DNA of 64,000 bases, from the NCBI GenBank assembly GCA_003971905.1, contig RSEE01000033.1:248001-312000 (forward strand). The letters run 5' to 3'. The stretch comes from Moniliella sp. 'wahieum'. Lineage: Eukaryota. A program made the translations under genes and the position numbers. The notes under the pieces are model-generated. The model was not told the DNA's origin and made no database searches. It saw nothing but the letters and a program-made list of their open reading frames with translations. Shown in pieces: positions 51,739-63,164 of this stretch (position 1 is its first letter; each line of letters begins with the position of its first letter).

Positions 51739-54457
51739 ATGCCCAGTAATTCCACCGCCCCCGGTCAGGGCGCCTCAGTCAGGCCCTCTCCCGCCACCCT
51801 GCCTCCACGCACACTGACTCTGCGTCCCCGGCAACTCCATCCACGCTCGCCACACCCGCCCGCCTACCGCCTCCACCTCTCGCGCCGAGAGGGACTTTCC
51901 GTTGCACTTCTCTCTGCGTAAAAACCAGGCGTGTTTGTCCTGCAGGCGCCGCAAGCTCAAGTGTGATGCTGTGCGGCCCGTATGTAGTACGTGCGCCCGC
52001 AGCCGCGACGCCGCCTCAATGAAACTATGCGAGCCCCGTCCCCTTGGGCGACTGCATCTATCCGGATCCCGATCCAGTTGGGCGCGATGGCCCCGAAGAG
52101 AATCTGCCTCCAGCCTTCCGCTCTACCACCTCCAGCCGCCCTAAACGCACCTCAGCTTCTGGAGGTTCCAACGCCACAGGCACCGCGCCCCGTACCCGCA
52201 AGAGGCCTCGCAGGGCCCCCGAGTCTTCTGATACACCCAGCAATGAGGAGCTCTGGGAATGTGTCCGCCGTCTTGAGGCTTTATTGGCCGAGTCGCAGCG
52301 CGCTGCTCAGTCCCAGCAGGATGCATCACGAAGGGCCGACCCAGGGGTTGCTGGTGGCTCAGATGCAACTGCCCCCGCAGGGTTCGCACCTCATGGTCAT
52401 GTGCCCTCACTGGCAGGGCTTGACGCCACCGGCGTTGGGATCCACCCAGCCTCTGTCCAGCGCCGAGGGCCCTTGATGTTTAACCCCCAAGATGCCAACT
52501 ACCTGTTACAGGCATCTGGTGGTTTAACATCGAGCCATAACCCACCCTTAATCAGTTGGACGGGAAACGGATTCGACCGGCTTATGTCCTTCTCCAACCA
52601 TCCACATCCGATTGCTGCCTGGGGCTACTTAGTGGTGCGCCGCTGCCATCAACAGCGCCCTATGCCGCTTCCTCGCTGGACCCTCTCATCATCCAGCTTC
52701 ATTTCTATCTTCTTCAGGAGATTTGTCCGCCTTGACTGACATGGTTATGGCTCAACTTCCACTTCCCACCCCTTTCCCTGGCCCTGCCCCAGGCCCATTA
52801 CCCAACGTTGATCCACCCCAGTTGGGCCCACTTTGCACCCCCCTCTCCCCGGCCGAGACCAGTGGAACCCGATCCATTGGTTCAATTACTGTGGCCGGGA
52901 TGGCCGTCTGATCTGCCCCCACCTGACACTGTATTTGCCTTGGTGGATGTTTTCTTTTCTGAACATCCTTTGCGGGTCATGCTTGAAGTCAACGAGTTCA
53001 AGCGTCGGCTCAACGCACCTTCAGAATCCAACCAGTTCCCTGACCGAGGCTTGCTTCACAGCATTATTGCTGCGGCTGCTCCTTTGTCGAATTTGTTTCA
53101 GCCTGGGGTCGCCCCTCCACCATTGTCATCCGGTGGAAGGATCGAGTCGATGGACCCACAGGCGGATGCTGTTTTGGAAGGGCAGCCGAGCTGGCTTGGC
53201 CTCGGCCCATTGCACCCCGTCGGGCCTTCACATACGGGATCAGGGTGCCTCGCGTTTTCTGATTATCACTTGCGTTTGGCCCAGACTCATGTCTCCAAGT
53301 TTGACCATGGCCCAGGCTGCCAAAGGCGACAGCCCAATCGAGTGGATGCAAGCCTTGATCATTGTGTCGGATATGCTGTTTGGCCGAGCTCGGGTAGTCG
53401 AATGCTTTCTGCTGTGCGGATTACTTTGCAAAGCTCTCGCCCCTGTGGCTGTTGAAGCTGCACCCTTACTCCGATCATCCAGGCCCTCCCATCCTGGTTG
53501 CTTTGTGCCGCCACCAAATCAAAGGAGGATGAAGAATCGCGGAGAATCACGTTCTGGTGCGCCTACATGTCCGAGGCGTGGCACTCCAACTCGGGGTATT
53601 ATTGGGCCTCGGCCATCAATGACGATAGTATCACAACTTCGTTGTCATCCGGAGACACCCTCCATCCACCTCAAACCCTCGCCACCCCCGACGAAGAGCT
53701 CTTTGCCACTGGTCATACGGACGACTTTACCCTGCATGTCAAGGCAGTCGTTCTTTTCAAACGCGTGAGAGCTTTTTATCAGTACCGGAACCCAAATCGG
53801 TTCTATCACCTGCCTTTACGGAGCGTTCCCGTGCGCTTGATAAGGCAATCCACCTGTTTCTCACCACTTGCCCTCACCCAACGGATGCGGCAACGTCGAT
53901 GGATCTGCTTTGCGCCCGTCTGGTTGCTCTGAGCGCACTTGCCATCTTGCACCAGCCGTTCGTGAATTACGCTGAGCCGCTGTCGTACCCCTTTAAACAG
54001 GTCGAGCTCGTGATTTGCGAAACAATCGAGCATGTTGACCTCATCCGTGCCTCCAACGTCAATCCTGGCCACTTGCCAACCCGAACGCTGTTTACATTTA
54101 TGGTACGTTCCCGTTCCCCTCTACCCCTTGCTACGGAGAGTGCATGCTAATCTCTTTGGTACCCGAGCAGACGGCGGCCAAACTACTAGCAGAACACCTT
54201 AGTCATCTGCGCGAGCGGAATCACCACCCCTGCTGCGCAAGCCATGGCAGATCATCTGCGGCAGCGTTGACAAGGTGGTGCTGCTGCTGCAGGAGATGAA
54301 CTCGACGGGGGCGCACAGCGCTGCGCAGGAGGCGTACCTCCGTCTCATTGAGCTCCAGCGGTGCAAGTTTGACTTGGCGGCTGTCGAGCAGCACCAGAGC
54401 GCCGTGGTGTCCGCGACCAGTTCTATCCAGCGTCAGCGGGCACGCAGTTCTCTTTGA
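51739..54457 (+). CDS. Zn(II)2Cys6 transcription factor with fungal-specific middle region; frameshifted, intron near 54102-54170
   Basis: LRKNQACLSCRRRKLKCDAVRPVCSTCARS...CIYP; LLWPGWPSDLPPPDTVFALVDVFF; EDEESRRITFWCAYM; ATGHTDDFTLHVKA. Confidence 0.9.
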
Positions 54458-55500
54458 CGTTCGCTCCTTTCTTGTTTGTATTTGTGCTATCCACGCTCGT
54501 TCCGAATCGGACTGGTTGCTACTGGTGTTGCGTGTTGCCACAACTTTGTAATCGACGTAGAGCGCAGCAGAGCATGCGACGCTAAAGCTTGAAGTCTGGC
54601 TGTGAAGAAAGGGCAACACGCGAAGAAGGCTGTGCGAGCGCTCACCTGGGTCGCGTGGACCTTTGTCGTTGGCACGGGCCATGCACTGCTGCTCTAAGAT
54701 CTAAGATCTAACCGACGGCCTTGGGCCTAAGACCTAACCAGACAGCAGAGGGGCAGACCCGAGAGGTGTCTGCTAGCTAGCTGCTGTGGTCCTCGAATGG
54801 GCGCTGAAGCGGAGGGTGTGGCCATGGGAAGCCTGGGTGCGTAGCCCAGCGGGCGGCGGCCGGTGACGCGTGACAGCGACCCTGCATCATGCTTCACATC
54901 ACACGCCGCATGTCACATGTCAATGTCACCTGTCACCACCAGGCATTGAGCACGTCATGCACCAACTGATGCTGCATCACTGATTCTAGAGGCCCGGTGC
55001 AGAGGGTGCTTGGGCGACGGGTGAGGGCGGTGGACGATGGCGAGGGCATGCGATGGCTGCGATGGCCGGCAATGTATGGCAGCGAAAGCGGTTGGGCTGG
55101 TCACCGATCACGCCAGGGGGAGGCGCCTGCGGGCAATTCGTGGCGGCGGCACTGGCGCCGTGCTGGGCGGGAAGACGCACAGCCCCGCTGAGCTGGTGCC
55201 CCCTGCTGCAAGGGCGCCTCCAGACAGGCGCCGTGCGAGCGGATGCGTATGCAGCCCTTAGGGTTATGTCCTGCGCCCCCGCCCTATCGCACCAGGCCGA
55301 CAGCGACACAGCAAGCAAGCAGGCTGACGCTGGCCCCGACACCTCCACCTCACCAGCCGCCCGCCCCTCATTCTTGCCTTCTCCACCGCCACCGCCACCG
55401 CCACCGCTATCGCCCCACCCCGCCAGAGACCAGATCGCGGCGTCTGTGTCTGCCCCCCACACCTTTCTCTCTGGCCCTCCCCCCCGCCCCCCCCCGGACA

Positions 55501-57792
55501 ATGCCCCCGACCAGCGCTACGGGTACGTCGTCTCACCTCTCCTTGGTCTCATGCCCGCTACTGACTCCCGGCCTGGATGGCTTTCTGCTTTCAGCCAGCA
55601 CTCTCCACCCCCGCCGGGCCTTGGTATTGGCAACGGCCTCGGCATTGGCGAACCCACCCTTCTACACCTTCGGCCGCCACTCTTCCCCCCACCCCACCCC
55701 GCTCAACATTCCGCGCGGCGGACGTCCCTCCCAACCATCCGGGCCCAAGCCTTCCCCCCGAAACGCAGTGGTCCCCCACCGACTCCAGTCTTCCCCAGGG
55801 CAAGTCGCTCTCCTCTCAAGTCGCCAAGCCTCCCGCGGTGCCTGCATTTGTCATGTCGGCATCCAATCGTCCCCCCCATGAGCCGCCAACCGGGTGCGCT
55901 ATACTATCCAAACGCTCCTCGACCTCTCTGGTGCGCCGGCGGGCGATGCGGCGGATGCTCTTCCCGCTCCCTCTGATAACACCATTCCACATCTGGTACG
56001 GTTCTTTCCCAACCCTCAAAGCGGTGGCCGCGGGGCCCCGTCATATCGTGCTCGCGCCCCGAAGGCAACGAGGGCGGGTATGGACACTCGAAGCGCCATT
56101 TTCATCCAGCACACGATGATACCGAGGGAGGGTACGTCATGCCAACGCCCACGTTTGCTCTGTTTGCTGATCGTTTGAACTTCTTCGTTTGCAGGCCGTG
56201 TGCATGGCTCTCCTACGGCAGCTTCAAATCGTCGTCCGCGGCTAATGAACGCCGTACTGGCCCTCGTAGGCGTGGAGGGGATCCTGAGGAAGGGAAGAGC
56301 ACCGCAACCACTACGGTGCCTCGATGACGAGATGGTACGGACGGCCTCCGACTGGCGTCGTCCCACTGCCCCTCGTTCGACCCGCAAGCCGAGCGACAGT
56401 GTCCCCTCATGGATGGACGAGGATGCTACCGGTACTGATCCAGTCATGTCAGGAGGTATGGATGCCATTCAGGCATTCAAAGCGGCGATGCGCGAGGCCG
56501 AACGCACACAGCAGGGTGCTCCCAGCGCTCTCCCGGTTTGACCAAAACCAGCCGGTCCGCCTCCTGGACTATCCAAACCCACTGGTCCGCCTCCAGGCTT
56601 GAGTGTAGGGTCCAAGGTGATGATTCACTCGAATCGGACATACGCTCGACTGGCAAGCGAGACATTACTCCTACCGACGCGGCTTCGCCCGGGCCTGCCG
56701 CTGGACGTTCCTCCCGATTTGCGCGTTCTTGATTCGGCTTTGTCCCCACTTCTTCGCCCACACAACCAGTTCCATCCGTTGCTTTCCAAGCGAGCCTCAG
56801 ACGGCCTCAGCTGCTGAACCTACTCCCGCCCCACAGCTGGATTGGCCGCCTGTTCGGTACGGTGAACTTATCCAGCGCCAATCCACCTTCCACCCAGGGC
56901 AAAGCAACGCCTCAAACCCTGCTCCTCCGTGAACACTGCTGGTCGGAAGACCAAGCCAGCATGGCGAAAGTATGGCTATGCTGGCTGGCTCGGTGGTGGG
57001 GCCAGCAGCAGCCTCCGGCAAACCCCTCCTGGCTTGGCGCCCCCTATGCAAGGCACGTACTATCAAGAGTATCAGGACAATGCGGGGTACCTTCGGGGTA
57101 ACAGCGTCAACCCTGCTAGCCGTTCGAATCAATTGAATGCGCCTGCGCTCATGCCGGGCGTTTTGTCTCGCGCGCGATGCAGCTTCGCCTGGATCATCTG
57201 GGATGCCGAGTCCGGCTCACAGCCGGGTGCACAGTATGCGTGCTTCCGCCGCCCGTGGTCCACTTGACCATGGCTCGGGTCCGATGTTCCCCATGGTTCA
57301 GGGACCGCCGGGAGTGCCTCCCCCTGGTGCCTCCCCAGTTTGGCTTCCGCCCAACTTTTTCCCTCCGGAAGGCATGCCTCCTCCATCGCGTCAACAGGGT
57401 CCAGGTATGTACGACCCTTACGCTGCCCGGACCGAGGCGGATGTGGCCATGCTGATGAGCCGGGGCCAACCGGCTCCACCCGGCCCGGGAGGGATGCCTC
57501 CTGGCTTCCCACCCCAAATGATGCCCCCCATGATGGGCAATCCTGGCATGGTTCCGGGCCCCGGAGGTATGCCCATGGGCTTGCCCCCGCACCTGCAGCC
57601 CCCCCAGGATGGAAGGGATTTCCTCCCCCGCCGCATGGGCATGGAGGAGCAGGTGGTCCGCCTCCGGGCTTAGGACAAGGTCCCCCCAGTCTCATGCTTG
57701 GGCACCAGGCCCTCCTCCGCCGTCTGTCCCTCCTTCCCGCGAGTTCATCGCCACTCGCCCAGCACTCCGGGCCAACCCGCCTCGGCAGCTGA
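55501..57792 (+). CDS. Proline-rich, disordered putative eIF4E-binding protein (4E-T/Eap1-like); introns ~55523-55594, 56132-56194; frameshifted
   Basis: RYTIQTLLDLS fits YxxxxL-phi; VPSWMDED, MDAIQAFKAAMRE, GRSSRFARF; C-terminal PPGMPPGF-rich tail. Confidence 0.6.
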
Positions 57793-58935
57793 TTGATGGC
57801 GTTTCTGACTGGTGGAAATGCTGCTTACGGACGTCAATAAGAAATTGACCAAACGGCGATGCCCTTAGCCCTGCCCTGCCTCTGTTGGTTTGCCTGTCTC
57901 CGGAACGTTTTGGACACTGCTTTTGCGCCGTATTCCTGTTCGAAGGGCGGCCACTAGACTCAGTACTCAGTTAACTCAGTACTCATTGGCGGTTCTGATT
58001 GGTAGGACCCCCCTGCCCTCCTCTGCCCCCTCCGCCCCTCTCCGCCTTGATCTTTTTTTCGCGACTTTTTCCGCGCCACTTCTCTCAAGGAGCTGCTGGT
58101 GGAATGTAAAACTTGTCGCCAACGTTTCTCCATTCAGTGTCAAGCAGAAAGATCAGAGATAGAGCGAACGATGAACACGAAGACCACCCACAGTCAAAGC
58201 GGGACCAGCCACTGCTAATACACTGGTCTCGGAGGACAGTTGTAGTTATCCCTGTGAGAAGGAGCATTCCCCGTCTTCCCGATCCATCGCACATGGGAAC
58301 GATAGGAATGATATCCACCGCTATTGGGACCATCGCGATGCTCACGCTGGCCAACTGATTTTGCTGGTGTCAATCCGTCGTATAATGCACCCCCACCTCC
58401 CAGTTGCATGAGCATCTTCGCCTTGACGCGAGTCACGGGGTTTCCAGCAGAACACGACACCGAACCCGAGCGGTGTGGATGCGTGATGCAAGTCTGATAT
58501 CTGCAACATCGTCCGCCCTCGGTTGCAGCTCCATCGCATCGCACTGCTACAAGGGCCGCTCCCATGCATCACCCTCTCGCCACATTCAATGATCAATATG
58601 CGCATACTACGGCTAGAGCTCCCAACCTGGTTTAAAGTGGGGTGTATAAGCCAGATGACATGGCTGTTTTGAGATTGCATGGGTGACAGCAGCCTGGTAA
58701 GGAAGGGGCGGCGCTGTGGATCCGCGCGCACAACGGACAGCAGGAATGACAAGAACAAGGAACGCCCCGACCGAATTGGGACAAAGAATGAGGCGCGCAA
58801 CCCAATCCATGCGAATGGGTTATTGCCACAACAGGCCCACTGTCAAGTCGGAAGCCAGATCACGGGTCTACCAGAAGCCTGGTCGCAAGAGCCACGGCAC
58901 CGAACATAGAGAAAAGTAGTCTTGGTGCACATTGC

Positions 58936-59346
58936 TTAGTTGGAAACCGAGCTGAGCAGGTCCGAGTCACCAGCGTCCGTGACAGCGAGGACACTGAGAC
59001 AGCCAAACCACCAGAAGTCAGACAACAGCGCTCTTAACCATCAACCTAAGAGAGTAATGACATACCCAACACGGAAGAGCTTGCCGGCAGCGGTGCCGAG
59101 GGCAACGTTCGAGCCTTGGTAGTGGTGCACAAGCGTCTTGGACAGCATCGCATAGTACTCAAGCTCCGACTTGCGCAGAGGAGGGGTGTTGGCCGAGATG
59201 AGGACAAGCTTAGCCTTGCCGTTCCGCAGGGTCTTGAGCGTGTTCGAGTAGCCCAGCTGCACCTTCCCCGACTTCATGACAAGCTGCAGCTTGCCATTGA
59301 TGTTCTCCTGGGTGGAGGTCTTCTTCTTGTTGCTCATGGGCGCCAT
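58936..59346 (-). CDS. RPL30: 60S ribosomal protein L30 (eL30); coding intron 58994-59065, 5'-UTR intron 59353-59475
   Basis: [65 protein letters not shown]. Confidence 0.97.
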
Positions 59347-59556
59347 TGTGTCCTGTTTCGCAACAAGCTGTCAGCACATCTGGGTTCATCGCCATTGGAA
59401 TGGGAAAAGACGCAGCGGAGAGCGGCATCCCCGACCTGGGTGATCTCGTTCTCCCTCTGGAGCCATGATACTCACACCTGGTCAACGGGTCGTCGGTGAG
59501 GACAAACGACTTGGGCGTGGTGTTGGAAAGCTGGCCAAGAGGAGCGCAAGCGGGTG

Positions 59557-59694
59557 CTAGGGTTTGTCAGGAGAGGAAGCTGCGCACTGCCCTAGTGCCT
59601 ATTTGCCGCAGTCGCAGGCGCAGGCACAGGCGTCCCCACGGCAGATCGCCTGCCTGAGTGCTGCTTTGGCGTTCTAGGGTTTTGTCACGTGACT
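59557..59694. promoter_or_regulatory. RPL30/COX8 divergent promoter elements: CTAGGGTT x2 and palindromic GTCACGTGAC
   Basis: CTAGGGTT at 59557-59564 and 59674-59681; TGTCACGTGACT at 59683-59694. Confidence 0.5.
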
Positions 59695-60128
59695 CAAATC
59701 ACCCATGCTCTCTCCTTCCCCAGTTCGCGTGAACATGCCGAGGACAGCTCCGTGGATGTCGAGCCTGCTGTCCAGGGATAGGCAAACACCGTTCCCAGGT
59801 GCCCGTGCTGGCACCGTAAGCATCTCATTGCCTTTGAATACCATTTCGTGTCCTGTCATTAACTTGAGAATCACCACGATGGCGCGGTCCAAGCTGGTAG
59901 TGAGGCTCATTAAGGATGTGCGGGTCCCCCGCCACCAGTGGCTGATGACACAATTGAAAGTGGTATTTTCGGTGGTTGCCGGGATGGCAAGCCGAAAGAC
60001 AATTACTCAGCCGCAGTAGGGTTGCACAATGAGCCAATCCTAATGAGGCCTGAGGCCCTGAGGTCTTGGCTAACATCTGCGCGGCGGGACACAGCGCTGC
60101 TCCCACCACCTCGCCGTTGCCTATCGCC

Positions 60129-60507
60129 ATGGTCTCTGCTCTTCTCGCCCGCTCTTCGCTCCAGGCTGCCCGCGTTGCCGCGCCCCGCCAGGCTCTTGCC
60201 CAGCAAGTGCGTAACGTCCACTTTGAGAACAAGGTGCACCACGTACGTCGCCCTCCTGGCCCTCCTGCCCCGCGTCCACACATTTGAGCCAATTGTTGGA
60301 AACTAACATCGCTCATCTATCTAGACTCTCCCCTTTGAGACTGGTCCCAAACACAAGGTTCGCACCGCTGTGATCATGTCCCTCTTCTTTGGCACTGCCG
60401 CCGCTCTTCCCATCGTTGCGGTTACCTTCCAGAAGTGAGTCGCTCCTCTTATCTGACCTGGGCCTTCCATACTAACGTGTCAACCTATTCTCCTCAGGCT
60501 CAAGTAA
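60129..60507 (+). CDS. COX8: Cytochrome c oxidase subunit VIIc (yeast Cox8); introns 60243-60324, 60435-60497
   Basis: Presequence MVSALLARSSLQAAR..., then RNVHFENKVHH|TLPFETG...FFGTAAALPIVAVTFQK|LK; resembles Cox8 RSVHF....NIPF...F..GF.VP. Confidence 0.85.
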
Positions 60508-61726
60508 AGCTCCTCGCTTCACTTCGGACAGCCGCCCGGGTTATGATGGTGCTCAATGTCCTCCTCATTGCTTCATTGCTTATTTGATTCCCCTGGGCAA
60601 TGATACGATCACAAGTGTGGACTGTGGAAAGTGCGAAGGTCAGAACGTGCTCGTGGGTCCGGACAGGCTGCTGTGTTTTGCTGTCAGTGATGCTGCCTGT
60701 CGTCATTGAAAAGGGGCGCCCTCCCACATGACGCTATCACATAGGTCAGGTGCGTTTTCAACAACGTCTGGGACCGTGGTCTCCCACTCGTCTTGCTTGA
60801 CAACCATGGTCGGGGCTCCTTTGGACTGAAAGGCGTGAATATGCGTGGTGCTAATCGAGATACTTGAGGGATTCAGGCGTGACAAGAGTAGAAAAACAAA
60901 GCACGTTTTACTTTCTCCCCGAATCAGGGACACCCTGGCGATATCGTCCGACGAGCTGGTTTGGAGATGCTCCACCTCAACACTTGGAGCTTTGGCAGGT
61001 TCGATAGTTCAGCCTTGTTGCCTCAACTGGCGTGTCTCCACCAGTGTTCAACTTCAGCTGAGACGGAGGGGGCAGCAAGTGCAGCGACACCTCAAACGCC
61101 TACAACATTGAGGGCGACACGCTCGCAGGCACAGTAAAGACGCAGTAAAGATGGATGCCGTAGCCAGGGGCGGTGGATCTTGGCTACAGCAGCGTACCCC
61201 GGCTACAATCGTGACTGGTGATGGATGAATTGGTCCGTATTCCCATTAGTCCCCGATGACAGACAGCCGCGTGTACAATCTCGGTGCTCAACAAAAGGCT
61301 CACAAAGCGTCTTGCGTGCTTAACCTCACAGCCCGGGCGGGGGAGGAAACGGTGGTGGCACAGGGTAATGAGTGAAGGTGCGGCACGAGCAAGTTGCGGG
61401 TGACCCCAAACGAACCATCGCCTTCGCACTAATGCGGTGCCTTGTCCCGTTCACAGTCCCTTCGCGCTGTGGGGGAGAGCACCATGGTGTAGACGATGGT
61501 GGAGACGATACAAGCAGAGCAAGTGGTCCTTTGAGCCACATTTATTCGTCCCGTAAAGTTGAAATTGGATTGAGCACTGATCAACGGCTCATTTATCATC
61601 GCAAATGGGAAGATCACGCGTCACGCACGTCACGTGCCAAATGGGCATGCCAGTGGCCAATCGTTTGCTCTTGCCGCCATCACCAGTACATTACCACCCC
61701 AGCCCAACCAGACGGGTGCATCTAGT

Positions 61727-61756
61727 CTAGGGTTAAAGCGGCGGCGCAATAATGTA
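61727..61756 (+). promoter_or_regulatory. Putative ribosomal-protein promoter element (CTAGGGTT plus CGGCGCAATAATGTA)
   Basis: Same two elements as upstream of RPL9. Confidence 0.6.
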
Positions 61757-62080
61757 CAGTGGCCCTGCGCTAGGGCCGCGAAATACTTGTACACTGCCCT
61801 GTTGCTGCTGCCTACCAAGGGTCTGCCGCTACCATCCACCTGGCCACCGCCGCGAGTTGTCCTGACCACCACCGATCGCCAAGGTAAGTCTGACGACGGG
61901 ATGCGCCGCTGAGTTCCTTGCTGGAACGGGAACGGAGCCAATGATCTGAGGGACGCAATCCAACTTGCATTCCCTGATTGGGCCGGACTGTTCCCGAAGC
62001 GCGTGCCCCGGGTACCATATCTGCCCAGGGCTGCTTGGTGGACGTAATTCAGGGCTGACTAGGCCAATTTCTATGAGCAG

Positions 62081-62579
62081 ATGTCTAACCCCCAGGCCGT
62101 CTCGTGCTTCGGCAAGAAGAAGACCGCCACAGCGGTGGCTTACGCTAAGGCAGGCAAGGGTCTCCTCCGTGTCAACGGCCAGCCCATCCACCTCATGAAG
62201 CCCGAAGTGCTGCGCTGGAAGCTCTACGAGCCCGTCCTCATTGTCGGCGAGGACAAGTTCGCGTGCGTTGCCACTCATTTCCATAACTAGCTCCTTTCCA
62301 ACATCACGCTGACATTGTTTTTCCCTTCAGTCCCGTTGACATCCGGGTCCGCGTTTCGGGCGGTGGCCACACTTCGCAGGTGTACGCCATCCGTCAAGCC
62401 ATCGCTAAGGCGCTTGTTGCGTACTACGCCAAGTTCTACGATGCTTCCTCGGCTCTTGAGCTGCGCCAGCTTTTCGTCAGCTACGACCGCACCCTCCTCA
62501 TTGCCGACCCCCGCCGCATGGAGCCCAAGAGTTTGGCGGCAAGGGTGCCCGCGCTCGTCGCCAGAAGTCGTACCGTTAA
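62081..62579 (+). CDS. RPS16: 40S ribosomal protein S16 (uS9); 5'-UTR intron 61884-62080, coding intron 62263-62330; one 1-nt deletion near 62530
   Basis: [64 protein letters not shown](K)[15 protein letters not shown]. Confidence 0.96.
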
Positions 62580-63164
62580 ACCGTTTTCTGCTGGGAGCAG
62601 GGACTTGCCTATCAGTACACAATGGTCTCTGTGCCAGATTATTGCTGCACGATGTGTTCTCTGTCGATCCCGTGGTATTATGGTTTTTAGTGGACCTCTC
62701 CGGGTTTGCACCGCATGGCTTTTTCGTTGTCTGTGTCCAAATTCTGGGCACAGCTATGATGTTGGCACCCACTTCTGCAAAAAGGATTTCGTGTCCAGTA
62801 TGCCCCCACCCATTTCCCTTGCCAGGGCTATCATCGTAGAGTTGTGACTGTGTTCAGCTTGGACTATGAGTGGCTCGACTCCTGTCTATATGGCTTCAGC
62901 GTGTCGTACAATCAACAATTGTAGATAGAGACGGATTGGAACTCCAGGAGGCTGCACGTTGTCGGTGTGTTGGCTTGTTCAGGATCATCGTCCAGCCGAG
63001 TGGGGCCTCCACTCGTTGCGATAAAAGTAGAACACCAGCCTAATGCAATGCCTGCAGAGTTGATAGGCTCGGGATAAGGCCTCCGGGTTTTCAGCCGGAT
63101 TTGGTCCATTTCAAATCGTATCTCCGGCGTCCGGTTCCCCTACTTTTGTCACTCTACCACCATT

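Noticed and set aside
55258..55266. TTAGGGTTA (reverse complement TAACCCTAA), resembling a fungal telomerase RNA template
   Set aside because: A 9-mer is expected by chance in 64 kb on two strands. It lies in a promoter, and I see no pseudoknot or CR4/5 support; a telo-box or chance is more likely.
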